This document shows positions 1 to 10,740 of a DNA stretch of 64,000 nt, one piece after another. Source of the DNA: Nitrospirota bacterium. Lineage in GTDB: Bacteria; Nitrospirota; UBA9217. The position numbers and the translations under genes are program-made. The stretch lies in contig CAVUHW010000015.1 in assembly GCA_963741205.1 (NCBI GenBank), forward strand, positions 137,897-201,896, in the 5' to 3' direction. The notes below the pieces were generated by a model. That model had not been told where the DNA came from, did no database searches, and worked only from the letters and a program-made list of their open reading frames with translations. The stretch's first letter is position 1. The number at the start of each line of letters is the position of its first letter.

Positions 1-327
1 AGCCTGAACCCGGTTCTCATGGAGCGTACGCTCAGTTTTTTACCTGCCAGCTACGCGATTTTTCACCTGAAATGCATGCATGATGGGTGCGCGGACGGCG
101 GCTACGATCTTGCTCCGGTCGTTGCAGCAATGGTGAAAGCCGGCAAGAAGTCTACCAATGGAAAGATCTTTTGTCACGGAACGAATGATACCGTGGGCCA
201 TGCGAGTATCGCCTACGAAGTCAGCATTCGGTACCGCAGGCAGGTTGAATAGCGTTCTTCCCGATCTTGCATCCTCCTCGGCCCGGCAAAGATTGTTTGC
301 AGTGCGTCGTAGGAAACCATAACGATG

Positions 328-390
328 TTACTTCTTTTTGCTCTTCGGTTTTTTTACTTCCTTTTTTGCGCCTTGCCGTGAAGCTGCCAT
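328..390 (-). CDS. Small Lys-rich peptide (20 aa, MAASRQGAKKEVKKPKSKKK)
   Basis: Manual translation; strong SD AAGGAGGTG shortly upstream of the ATG; below the ORF-track cutoff. Confidence 0.5.
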   Translation of the reverse strand: MAASRQGAKKEVKKPKSKKK

Positions 391-434
391 GCCCCCATCA
401 CCTCCTTTTGCGAGAGTCCCTGCTGATTCCCGCG

Positions 435-599
435 TCAGACGACGTTTATAGTGTCCTGCCCGTCTTCGGCGCGCGGGGTCTGATCCTCAGCAGGCTTCAG
501 TGAATTTTTATCAAGTTTGCGCTGCCTTTTTTCCTCGTTCTTCTTTTGCTTCGCAAGTTCCTTCTGACGCTTTTGGAAATTAAAGTTCGGTTTTCCCAA
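435..599 (-). CDS. Small basic protein (54 aa, MGKPNFNFQKRQKELAKQKKNEEKRQRK...)
   Basis: TTG start after SD AGGAGG; charged helical N-terminus like small proteins seen beside cold-shock/RRM genes. Confidence 0.65.
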   Translation of the reverse strand: MGKPNFNFQKRQKELAKQKKNEEKRQRKLDKNSLKPAEDQTPRAEDGQDTINVV

Positions 600-902
600 T
601 GGATACCTCCTGAGGAAGAAAAGTACGTACTGAGCCGGGCCTTGATGAGGGGTGGCCGGCCACTTCGGCTCTGGCTGGGCTCCTGAGGCACGGCCAGACG
701 AAAGGGGCGGCTACAGATAGTCCGGACCTGAAGCGGCAGCAACCGTCTCTCTACGCTGCCTCAACGGATCTTTCGAGGCAACGGCCGTCACTTGCTTTCC
801 GGGTTAGGTCCGGATATTGATGCGATTTTATTGAACGGAGCGATCATGTCCACGGCGGGCGGTTCATTTGAGCCCCCCGATCGAACGCCCCGCTATTTGG
901 GA

Positions 903-1154
903 TCAGGTTGTTCGGTGCGGCGGGCGCGCCGCATCGCCGCTTGCCGGCCTCGGCGACGAGCCACCCGGGCGCGATCGCTTGAGAAGCTTCCGTTTCCGCT
1001 TCTGCGCCTCCAACTGCTTCCTCTTTTTTTTCACCGAGGGCTTTTCGTAAAAGCGCCGCTTCTTCAGCTCCCCAAATACCCCGTCCAGCTGAAGTTTCTT
1101 TTTCAGGAACCGCAGCGCCTTTTCGATGTCCTGGGACTGGACCCTTACCTCCAC
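903..1154 (-). CDS. rpsU: 30S ribosomal protein S21
   Basis: IEKALRFLKKK...ELKKRRFYEKPSVKKKRK S21 signature. Confidence 0.9.
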   Translation of the reverse strand: MEVRVQSQDIEKALRFLKKKLQLDGVFGELKKRRFYEKPSVKKKRKQLEAQKRKRKLLKRSRPGGSSPRPASGDAARPPHRTT

Positions 1155-1486
1155 GACCGGCCCCCTCCGCCGCCGTATCCGCCGCCGCGATTACCGCCTC
1201 TGCCACCGCCGCCGCCGGACCCGGAGCGCCCGCCCTCTGTCTTCGGCCGGGCTTCGTTCACGGTGATCGTACGCTCCATGAACGATGTGCCGTTCATCGT
1301 TGCGATCGCCTTGGCCGCATCCTCGTCCGACGCCATCTCCACGAAACCGAACCCCTTGGACCTGCCGTTCGTCTGATCGACGATCAGCGTAGCGGACAGG
1401 ACCTCGCCGATCTTCGAAAATGCCTCGCGCAAATCCTCCTCGTGGGTGTTGTACGACAGATTGCCTACATACAGTTTCTTCGCCAT
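1145..1486 (-). CDS. RRM RNA-binding protein with Gly-rich tail
   Basis: RNP2 LYVGNL, RNP1 KGFGFVEM, GGR-rich C-terminus. Confidence 0.95.
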   Translation of the reverse strand: MAKKLYVGNLSYNTHEEDLREAFSKIGEVLSATLIVDQTNGRSKGFGFVEMASDEDAAKAIATMNGTSFMERTITVNEARPKTEGGRSGSGGGGGRGGNRGGGYGGGGGRSWR

Positions 1487-1770
1487 GTTACCTCCTGTGT
1501 GATTTCAATTTCGCGCTGACGGTCGTCCCGCACAGCGCGTTTACTTCCTCCGCCGGGTCGCGCAGCGTCCCCCCTCTCATTATAAGGGGAGTGCAGGCCT
1601 GCGTGCGTTACCTGCCGCAGCCGCATCGTTCGCCAACCGTGCATGCCGTCGCTTTTTTTGAAGGTGCGAAAAGGTGAGAGCAGGAGGAGTCAGTGATCGA
1701 TGATAAGGCGCGGACGACAGCTCGTTCCAAAAAACGAGTGTTCCTTGCACCGCTAATGGTGTATAGGTAC

Positions 1771-1798
1771 ATTATACCTATTTTGGCGGCAGTTGCAA
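1771..1798 (-). promoter_or_regulatory. Putative sigma70 promoter of the RRM-rpsU unit
   Basis: TTGCAA-16 bp-TATAAT on the minus strand, about 280 nt upstream of the RRM start. Confidence 0.55.
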
Positions 1799-2096
1799 GG
1801 GTTTTCCGATGGACAAGGCCAAGCGGAATTTGGAATGCGAATTTTATCGCAAAAGACAGCGTGTACGGACCTCCTCGCCAGCCTAGTTTCCAATCTTCTT
1901 GATAATAAACGGGCCGTGTATTATAATTGTTCGCAATCAACCCGCGAAAAAGCCGCCTTCCTCGCAGCGTGACAGGGCCTGGAGCGGGATCCCGAAAGAC
2001 ACCGCAGGAAAATATATTGCCCCCGTTGCGTCGTTCAAGAATCCGAAGTTGATACGCGGCCGCATGGCGGGAAGAATCTAATGTACGGAGAATAAC

Positions 2097-3851
2097 GTGC
2101 CGGGAAAAGAATTCGTGATCCATCCGGAAAGCAGCGAAGAACAGCGCAGGGCCATTTATGAGAATTCCCCGATCGGCATAGAGATCTATGACGCCGACGG
2201 GACGCTCATCGACGCGAACAGGGCCTGCTTGGAAATATTCGGCATCGATGACGTTTCGGCGGTCAAGGGGTTTCGGCTCTTCGAGGACCCGAACTTGAGC
2301 GAGGAGCACAAAAAAGCGCTCCGCGAGGGGAAGCCTGTCTCCCAGGAGGTTATTTTTGATTTTGAGGAGGTACGGAAGCACAACCTCTATCCCACTTCCA
2401 GACAGGGGACCATCTATCTCGACCTGTTCCTATCGCCTCTGTTATCACCCGACGGGAAGACAAATTCAGGCTACATCGTCCATGTCCGCGACATCACCAA
2501 GAGAAAGCTTGTCGAGGAGATGCTCCGGGAGCAAAAAATATTTGCGGAGAACGTCATCGATAATTCCGCGGTGGCCATGTTCGTGCTGGACCCGGGCCAC
2601 AGAGTTGTTTTTTGGAACAAGGCGTGCGAAGAACTCAGCGGGGTCAGCGCCCATGACATGCGCGGCACCAGCAATCACTGGCGGCCGTTTTACGCAGAGC
2701 GGAGGCCGACGCTGGCGGATATCGTTATCGACAAAGAATACGGGAAACTCGGTTCGCTGTATGAGAAAAGCAGGCGGTCCGAGTTCGTTCCGGACGGCAT
2801 TCACGCCGAGGGCTGGTTCGCGGACATGAACGGAAAAGACCGGTATATCGTTTTTGACGCCGCTCCCATCTACGACAGCACACAGCGTCTGATCGTCGCG
2901 ATCGAGACCCTGCAGGACATGACCGAATTCAAGCGGACCGGCGAGGACCTGGAAAAAAAGACGCGGGAGCTCAGCCGGTCGAACGCGGAGCTTGAGCGCT
3001 TTGCTTATGTCGCTTCGCACGATCTGAAGGAGCCGCTCCTGTCCATCGGCGGGTTTGCGGAAGTGTTGCAGGAAAAATACGGCGACAAGCTCGATGCCAA
3101 GGGCATGACGTTTCTCTCCTACATCGTGGAGGGAACGGTCCGCATGAAGCACCTGATCGACGATCTCCTGTCCTACGCCCGGGTGACCACGCGGGCCAGG
3201 CCCTTCGAACCCGTAGACTGCAATGCCGTCCTGGGCGCGGTCCTTTCCAGCCTCAAGTCGGCCATCGACGAAAGCGGCGCCGTGATCACGCTTGACGAAC
3301 TCCCGACTGTTACGGGAGACGAAACACAGCTCGTCCAGATCTTCCAAAACCTGATCGGCAACGCACTGAAATACCGGCGCGCCGCTCCCCCGGTCATTCA
3401 CGTCTCGGCGAAGCCGGTTTCGGAACCGCCGGAGCCGGGGCATGCGGACGAAGGCAAAGAAGCTCCTGTTCGAGGATCTCGGGCCGGACTCGGAAAGGGC
3501 TGGCTTTTTGCCGTCTCCGACAACGGCATCGGCATTGCCCTGCGTGATTTCGACAAGCTCTTCCAGATATTTCAGCGCCTCCATTCCGACGAAGGAGAAT
3601 ATCCCGGCACGGGCATCGGCCTCGCGATATGTTCCAAAATCGCGGAGCGGCACGGCGGCAGCATCTGGGTCGAGTCCGAGCCCGGCAAGGGCTCGACGTT
3701 CTTTTTTACAATCCGGGGCATGAAGGCCGCGTCGAGCTTCTCTTTACTGCCCAAACCGGTTTTCCGCTTCAATCCCATTAACCGTAGACGCAAAAATCGA
3801 CGCAGTCACCTGAAAGCCCTGCCATCCCTTGGCGTTTACCTACCATTATAA
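2097..3851 (+). CDS. PAS-PAS sensor histidine kinase
   Basis: Two PAS domains, H-box ASHDLKEPL, N-box QNLIGNALKY, DNGIG and GTGIGL boxes; C-terminal tail may be readthrough. Confidence 0.9.
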   Translation: MPGKEFVIHPESSEEQRRAIYENSPIGIEIYDADGTLIDANRACLEIFGIDDVSAVKGFRLFEDPNLSEEHKKALREGKPVSQEVIFDFEEVRKHNLYPTSRQGTIYLDLFLSPLLSPDGKTNSGYIVHVRDITKRKLVEEMLREQKIFAENVIDNSAVAMFVLDPGHRVVFWNKACEELSGVSAHDMRGTSNHWRPFYAERRPTLADIVIDKEYGKLGSLYEKSRRSEFVPDGIHAEGWFADMNGKDRYIVFDAAPIYDSTQRLIVAIETLQDMTEFKRTGEDLEKKTRELSRSNAELERFAYVASHDLKEPLLSIGGFAEVLQEKYGDKLDAKGMTFLSYIVEGTVRMKHLIDDLLSYARVTTRARPFEPVDCNAVLGAVLSSLKSAIDESGAVITLDELPTVTGDETQLVQIFQNLIGNALKYRRAAPPVIHVSAKPVSEPPEPGHADEGKEAPVRGSRAGLGKGWLFAVSDNGIGIALRDFDKLFQIFQRLHSDEGEYPGTGIGLAICSKIAERHGGSIWVESEPGKGSTFFFTIRGMKAASSFSLLPKPVFRFNPINRRRKNRRSHLKALPSLGVYLPL

Positions 3852-4032
3852 TGATCTCGCAGCTTCCTAATCCTGTTGATCTGTTCGTAAGACCCTTGAG
3901 CCTTGCAAATCCCATAAACTTGTGATAGTGTAGCGCCTCGTTCCTGAAGCAAGGGCTCTGGATACCTGCCCTCCCGTTTGTACGGGGGCAAGTTTATCCG
4001 TGCGGAAGCGGGGGCAGGAATGACGAACAAAT

Positions 4033-4635
4033 ATGGAAATCGTTCTCGCCACGCGGAATAAAAAAAAGATCGAAGAGATCAAGCGGATCACTGCCGGCCT
4101 GCCGATCACCATTCTCTCGCTTGATAATTTTCCTGACTGCCCCGAGACCGTGGAGGACAAGGACACCTTCGAAGGGAATGCGGTGAAGAAAGCGGTCGAG
4201 GTCTGCCGATGCACGGGCAAGCCTGCTCTTGCCGACGACTCGGGACTCGAAGTGGATGCGCTGGGCGGGGCGCCCGGGGTGTACTCCGCGCGGTATGCGG
4301 GCGGGACAAGCGGCGGGAACGACGTCCGCAATTATGAAAAACTTCTTGCCGAACTTGACAGCGTCTCCGACGAAAAACGCGGGGCTCAGTTCGTTTGCTG
4401 CATGGCTTTGGCTTTTCCGGACGGATCGATAAAGACATTTTTCGGGTATTCAGAAGGCAGCATTTCCCGTGCGCCCAAGGGGAATTCGGGGTTTGGATAC
4501 GACCCGGTATTCATTCCAAAGGGCTACAAAAGGACCTTTGCGGAGATGGCCGGAGAAGAGAAAGATAAGCTCAGCCATAGGGGTAAAGCTCTTGAAAAAC
4601 TAGCTGAATTCTTTCATTCTAAACTGCATTTATAA
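4033..4635 (+). CDS. rdgB: Non-canonical purine NTP pyrophosphatase (HAM1/RdgB)
   Basis: [28 protein letters not shown] motifs. Confidence 0.95.
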   Translation: MEIVLATRNKKKIEEIKRITAGLPITILSLDNFPDCPETVEDKDTFEGNAVKKAVEVCRCTGKPALADDSGLEVDALGGAPGVYSARYAGGTSGGNDVRNYEKLLAELDSVSDEKRGAQFVCCMALAFPDGSIKTFFGYSEGSISRAPKGNSGFGYDPVFIPKGYKRTFAEMAGEEKDKLSHRGKALEKLAEFFHSKLHL

Positions 4636-4782
4636 ACAAAACTAATATTCAAATTATAATTTTTAACTTGAAAAATAACTCGTTTTCAACCATTATAGGC
4701 CGGTTAAAAACTTGAGAAGGGTTTCTTTCGCCTTTCACGTTCTCTTCTGGAAAAAATCTCAAATCTACGGAGGGCAGTCCCC

Positions 4783-5430
4783 ATGGCCAAGAGAGTAGTA
4801 TTGCTCGGAGCTCCCGGCGCCGGCAAAGGCACGCAGGCGAAGATGCTGATTGAGAAGTACAAGATCCCCCAGATCTCCACGGGAGACATCCTCCGCAAGG
4901 CCGTGGCCGACGGCACGCCGCTCGGCAAGGAAGCGAAGGTGATCATGGACTCGGGCGGGCTCGTGTCCGACAAGATCGTGCTCGGCCTCGTGGAAGAGCG
5001 CATCAAACAGCCCGACTGCAAGGCCGGATTCATCCTCGACGGGTTCCCGCGCAACACGGCCCAGGCCGAGGCCCTCGACAAGATCCTCTCGGGCATGGGC
5101 ATGCCTCTTACCATCGCCCTCAATATCGACGTGGACATGAACGACCTCCTCAAGCGCCTCACCGGCCGAAGGACCTGCAAAGGCTGCCAGCAGATGTACA
5201 ACATCTATTTCTCGGCCCCGAAGAAGGAAGGCGTCTGCGACAAGTGCGGCGGAGCGCTCTTCCAGCGCGACGACGACAAGGAAGCGACCATCAAGAAGCG
5301 GCTCGACGTATACACGCAGCAGACCGCGCCGCTCATCGACTACTATTCCAAAAAGAACATCATGAAGACCGTCATGGGCGTGGGCAGCATCAGCGACATC
5401 TTCAACAAGGTGACCGCCGTCCTGGGGTAA
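4783..5430 (+). CDS. adk: Adenylate kinase with Zn-lid
   Basis: GAPGAGKGT P-loop, LDGFPR, CxxC...CxxC lid, QRDDD. Confidence 0.97.
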   Translation: MAKRVVLLGAPGAGKGTQAKMLIEKYKIPQISTGDILRKAVADGTPLGKEAKVIMDSGGLVSDKIVLGLVEERIKQPDCKAGFILDGFPRNTAQAEALDKILSGMGMPLTIALNIDVDMNDLLKRLTGRRTCKGCQQMYNIYFSAPKKEGVCDKCGGALFQRDDDKEATIKKRLDVYTQQTAPLIDYYSKKNIMKTVMGVGSISDIFNKVTAVLG

Positions 5431-5499
5431 AGGACCATCGATAGGTCCTCGACGGTGGACCTATTTAGTAATTTAAATTCTTTTAAGGAGGAAACAACT

Positions 5500-6743
5500 A
5501 TGGCACTGGTAAAGCCTCACGGTAAAAAGAAGAAGCTCATGCCGCTTCTTCTGGCAGGAACGGCCCTGCAGAAAGAGCTCAAGAAGGCCAAGACCCTGAA
5601 GCAGCTCAAGATCTCCTCGCGCGAGACCGCAGACCTCGTGATGATGGGCATCGGCGCGTTCACCCCGCTCACCGGCTTCATGACGAAGAAGGACTGGAAG
5701 GGCGTGTGCGACAAGTACAAGATGGCGGACGGCACGTTCTGGCCGGTCCCGGTGACGCTCTCGGCGACCCCGGAGTTCGCCGAATTCGCTCAAGAAGAAC
5801 GAAGAGATCACCCTCGTGGACGAAGAATCGGGCACGATCATGGCCACCATGAAGGTGGCCGAGAAGTACGCCATGTCCAAGTCCGACAAGGAGCACGAGT
5901 GCAAGCAGATCTTCCGGACAGTCGATGTTGCAGGTCACCCGGGCGTGCAGAAGGTCATGGGCCAGCCTGATTTCAACCTGGCCGGTCCGGTGAAGGTCCT
6001 CTCCGAGGCCCACTTCCCCGAGACCTTCAAGGGCATCTACATGACCCCGGTCCAGACCCGCAAGATGTTCGAGGAGAAGGGCTGGAGCACGATCGCGGCG
6101 TTCCAGACCCGGAACCCCATGCACCGCTCGCATGAGTACCTTGCCAAGATCGCCATCGAGACCATGGACGGCGTGCTGATCCACCAGATCCTGGGCAAGC
6201 TCAAAGAAGGCGATATCCCGGCCGATGTCCGCGCCGATGCCATCAACACCCTCATGGAGAAGTACTTCGTGAAGGACTCCGCCATCCAGTGCGGCTATCC
6301 CATGGAAATGCGCTATGCCGGGCCGCGCGAGGCGCTGCTCCATGCGCTCTTCCGGCAGAACTTCGGCTGCAGCCACCTGATCGTCGGCCGCGACCATGCC
6401 GGCGTGGGCGACTACTACGGCCCGTTCGATGCCCAGAAGATCTTCGACGATATCCCGAAGGGCGCGCTCGAGACCCAGCCCCTGAAGATCGACCATACGT
6501 TCTACTGCTTCAAGTGCGACGGCATGGCCTCCATGAGGACCTGCCCCCACAGCAAGGAAGACCGGCTCATGCTGTCCGGCACCAAGCTCCGGAAGATGCT
6601 CTCCGAGGGCGAGAACGTGCCCGATCATTTCAGCCGCCCCGAAGTGCTCGAGATCCTCAAGAAATACTATGCCGGCCTCACCGAGAAGGTGGAGATCAAG
6701 CTGCACGCCCACGCCGAGGGCACGCATACGGAGAAGAAGGTAA
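5500..6743 (+). CDS. sat: Sulfate adenylyltransferase (frameshift near 5790, probable sequencing indel)
   Basis: LVKPHG N-terminus, [38 protein letters not shown]; split over two ORFs. Confidence 0.93.
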
Positions 6744-6806
6744 CGCACGGCACAACGACTGCAAGATGCAGTTTACTACATTCTATAGATAGGAGGTTAC
6801 AGAAAC

Positions 6807-7238
6807 ATGCCGAGTTATGTGATTACAGAGAAGTGTGACGGCTGCAAGGCGCAAGATAAGACTGCTTGCCAGTATATCTGCCCGAACGACCTCATGACCC
6901 TGAACAGGGATCTCATGAAGGCCTTCAACCAGGAGCCGGAGCAGTGCTGGGAGTGCTACAACTGCGTGAAGATCTGCCCGCAGCAGGCGATCGAGGTCCG
7001 GGCCTACCAGGATTTCGCCCCCCTGGGCGCGAACGTGATCCCGATGAGGGGCACGGACTCCATCATGTGGACCATCAAGTTCCGGAACGGGATCCTCAAG
7101 CGGTTCAAGTTCCCGATCAGGACCACTGCCGAAGGCTCGGTCGATCCCTACAAGGGCAAGCCTGAAGCGGATTTTGCGAAAATCAAACAGCCGGGCTTCT
7201 TCACTACGTCGAAGCCGATGCCGGTAATCAAGAAATAA
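6807..7238 (+). CDS. aprB: Adenylylsulfate reductase beta subunit
   Basis: [43 protein letters not shown]. Confidence 0.96.
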   Translation: MPSYVITEKCDGCKAQDKTACQYICPNDLMTLNRDLMKAFNQEPEQCWECYNCVKICPQQAIEVRAYQDFAPLGANVIPMRGTDSIMWTIKFRNGILKRFKFPIRTTAEGSVDPYKGKPEADFAKIKQPGFFTTSKPMPVIKK

Positions 7239-7251
7239 GGAGGAACTACAA

Positions 7252-9296
7252 ATGGAAAAAGAAACCTGTACGTTTTCGTTCTGCAAGAAGCCGGCGATCG
7301 AAGACGGTCGAGACCGATCTCCTCCTCATCGGCGGCGGTATGGCGTGCTGCGGCGCGGCGTTCGAAGGCGCCCGCTGGGCAAACCCCAAGAAGATGAAAA
7401 TCACCATGGTGGACAAGGCCGCGACCGACCGGTCCGGCGCCGTTGCCATGGGTCTGTCGGCCATCAACACCTACATGGGTGAGAACGATCCGGCGGACTA
7501 TGTAAAGATGGTACGGAACGACCTCATGGGCATCATCCGCGAAGACCTGGTCTATGACCTCGGCCGTCACGTTGATGATTCCGTGCAGCTCTTCGAGGAG
7601 TGGGGACTTCCGATCTGGAAAATGGGCGACGACGGCTTCTCCCTCGACGGCTTCCAGGCAAAGGAAGCAGGCAAGGCCATGCTGAAGGACGGCGGCAAGC
7701 CGGTCCGCTCCGGCAAGTGGCAGATCATGATCAACGGCGAGTCCTACAAGGTCATCGTTGCCGAAGCCGCGAAGAAGGCCCTCGAGACCAACAGGGCGGC
7801 GACGGGCGTAAAGCAGAACCACTACGAGCGCGTGTTCATCGTGAAGCTCTACAATGATGCAAAGGAGCCGAATCGCGTTGCAGCAGCGGCCGGCTTCAGC
7901 GTTCGTGAGAACAAGATCTACATATTCAAGGCAAAGGCCATGGTCCTGGCAGCCGGCGGCGCGGTGAACGTGTTCCGTCCCCGGTCGACCCAGGAAGGCC
8001 AGGGCCGCGCCTGGTACCCGGTATGGAACTCCGGTTCCGGCTACGCTCTCGGCCTCCAGGCCGGCGCAGAGCTCACCATGATGGAAAACCGCTTCGTGCC
8101 CGCCCGCTTCAAGGACGGCTACGGACCGGTGGGCGCCTGGTTCCTGTTCTTCAAGGCCAAGGCGACCAACAGCCTCGGCGAAGACTATTGCGCCAAGCCC
8201 GAAGCCCTGGCGGAAGCCAAGGCGAAGTACGGCAAGTATGTCGACAACCTCGGCACGGCCATCCGCAACCACCTCATGATGCGCGACATGAAGCTCGGCA
8301 AAGGCCCGATCCTCATGAGGACCGATGAGGCAATGGCAGCGATCAACAAGAACTTCAAGGAAAAGCTCGGCGACAAAGAGGGCGCCAAGAAGGTGAAGCA
8401 CCTCGAGGCAGAGGCATGGGAAGACTTCCTCGATATGGCCATCGGCCAGGCCGGCCTCTGGGCCGCGCAAGAACGTCGAGCCGGACAAGGTTCCGTCCGA
8501 AATCATGCCGACCGAGCCTTATCTCCTCGGCTCGCATGCGGGCTGCGCAGGCTTCTGGTGCTGCGGTCCCGATGATCTCGGCGCGCCGGAAGAATGGAAC
8601 AAGAAGTGGCCGGCCGGCAACTACAACCGCCAGTCGACCGTGAAGGGCCTCTTTATGTGCGGCGACATCTGCGGCGCTTCGGGCCACAAGTTCTCCTCGG
8701 GTTCGCACGCGGAAGGCCGTATCGCGGCGAAGAACGCGATCTGCGTTCATCCTCGACAACCCGAACTACACGCCGACCATCAAGGAGACGGAGGACCACC
8801 TGGCGGCCGAGCTCTATCTGCCGTTCGAGGTCTACGAGAAGCACAAGACCTACACCACGGATCCACGAACACCAACCCGAACTACATCAAGCCGAAGATG
8901 CTCCAGACCCGTCTGCAGAAGATCTCCGACGAGTACTTTGGCGGCATCGGGACCTGGTACATGACCTCCAAGACCATGCTGGATGCAGGCCTCCAGAAGC
9001 TCCAGGTGCTGAAGGAAGACACCTCCAAGATGGCCGCAAGCAACCTGCACGAACTGATGCGCTGCTGGGAGAACTACCACCGCATCCTCTCCGTGGAAGC
9101 CCATGCCCGCCACATCCTGTTCCGGGAAGAGTCGCGGTATCCCGGCTACTACTATCGCGGCGACTTCGACAAGATGGACGACACCAACTGGAAGTGCTTC
9201 GTCAACTCCAAGTACGACCTCGAGAAGGACACTTGGGAAGTCAAGAAGGTCCCCTACGTACAGCTGGTTGAGGATGCAGCTCCTGTAAAACATTAA
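7252..9296 (+). CDS. aprA: Adenylylsulfate reductase alpha subunit (several frameshifts)
   Basis: RSGAVAMGLSAINTY, GKWQIMINGES, GRAWYPVWN, RFKDGYGPVG, GHKFSSGSHAEGRI, REESRYPG. Confidence 0.95.
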
Positions 9297-9308
9297 GAAC
9301 ATTCACAA

Positions 9309-9345
9309 CTCCGGGGAGGGCATTGCCCTTCCCGGAGATTTTATT
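9309..9345 (+). terminator. Hairpin/terminator after aprA
   Basis: CTCCGGGGAGGG-CATTG-CCCTTCCCGGAG followed by ATTTTATT. Confidence 0.55.
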
Positions 9346-9450
9346 GAAAATTGAAAATTGGAAATTTCAAATTGAAATCGAGGGAAAAGGATCTACCGTT
9401 CTTTTCTTCAAATTTAAAATTTCCAATCTTCAATTTCCAATCTCCAACTT
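9343..9450. repeat. 7-bp periodic degenerate repeats forming an inverted pair
   Basis: ATTGAAA ATTGAAA ATTGGAA ATTTCAA ATTGAAA ... TTTCCAA TCTTCAA TTTCCAA TCTCCAA. Confidence 0.75.
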
Positions 9451-9486
9451 TCACGGTTATACTGCCTTAAGGAGGAATAGGATATC

Positions 9487-10738
9487 ATGGCGGAAAATAA
9501 GGTGTTGGTTGTCGGCGGGGGCTTTTCCGGCCTCACGGCGGCGGTAGAAGCCGCGGAGGCGGGTTCCGATGTGATCATCGTGGAAAAGAACGCCTATCTC
9601 GGCGGCCGGGTGACGCAGCTGAACAAGTACTTCTGGAAACTCTGCCCGCCGAACTGCGGCCTCGAGATCCAGTACAAGCGCATCAAGAACAACGGCCAGG
9701 TCAAGATCTATACCCTGGCCGAGGTGGAGAAGATCTCCGGCACCGAGGGCAACTTCGACGTGACCATCAAGATACAGCCCCGGTTCGTGAACGAAAAGTG
9801 CACGGGCTGCAACAAGTGCGCGGAGGCCTGCGAGATCGAGCGGCCGAACGACTTCGATTTCGGCATGAGCAAGACCAAGGCCGCCTACCTCCCTCACAAC
9901 CAGGCCTTCCCGCTCCAGTACGTCATCGACAGCAAGGTCTGCAAGGGCGCGGCCTGCGCCAAGTGCGCCGAGGCCTGCAAGTACGACGCGATCCACCTCG
10001 ACATGAAGCCCGAGACCGTGAACGTGAAGGTCGGCGCCGTGGTCATGGCCACGGGCTGGAACCCCTACGATGCGACGAAGATGGACAACCTCGGGTTCGG
10101 CAAGGTCCAGAACGTGATCACGAACATGATGATGGAGCGGCTGGCCGCACCCAACGGCCCCACGGCCGGGCAAGGTCGTGCGTCCCTCGGACGGCAAAGA
10201 AGTGAAGAACATCGCCTTCGTGCAGTGCGCGGGCTCCCGCGACGAGAACCATCTGGCCCATTGCTCCTATATCTGCTGCCTGGCGTCCATCAAGCAGGCG
10301 ACCTATGTTCGCGAGCTCTATCCCGATTCCAAGGCAAAGATCTTCTATATCGACATGCGGACCCCCGGTCTCTACGAGAACCGGTTCTATACCAAGATCA
10401 AGGAAGACCAGAACGTGTCCTTCCTCAAGGGCAAGGTAGCCAAGATCGAGCAGGCGGAGAACGGCGACGTGAAGGTCACCGCCGAGGACATCCACGGCGG
10501 CGGCAAGGTCACCGAGACCTTCGACATGGTCGTCCTGGCAACGGGCATGCAGCCCTCGACAGAGTCCCTCAAGGGTGCGGGAATTACACCGACCGACGAC
10601 GGGTTTGTGGACCAGGCAACGCTGCCCGCGGGCATCTATGCGACCGGGACGCTCAAGACCCCCGTTGACGTGGCGCGGTCCGCGCAGGATGCCACCGGCG
10701 TGGTCATGAAGAGCATCCAGAGCTTGAGGAGGAAATAA
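9487..10738 (+). CDS. qmoA: QmoA, HdrA-like flavoprotein (frameshift near 10170)
   Basis: VVGGGFSG FAD motif, KLCPPNCG, VQCAGSRDEN..CSYICC; follows aprA. Confidence 0.9.
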
Positions 10739-10740
10739 GG

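Noticed and set aside
19-252. Short plus-strand ORFs at the window start (also 267-503)
   Set aside because: No motifs or SD; 267-503 overlaps better-supported minus-strand small ORFs.
715-735. TCAGGTCCGGA on the minus strand resembling the SRP RNA core
   Set aside because: The required following AGGAAGCAGC is absent.
4636-4782. Rex operator upstream of adk-sat
   Set aside because: The region is AT-rich but shows no convincing TTGTGAA-n4-TTCACAA palindrome.
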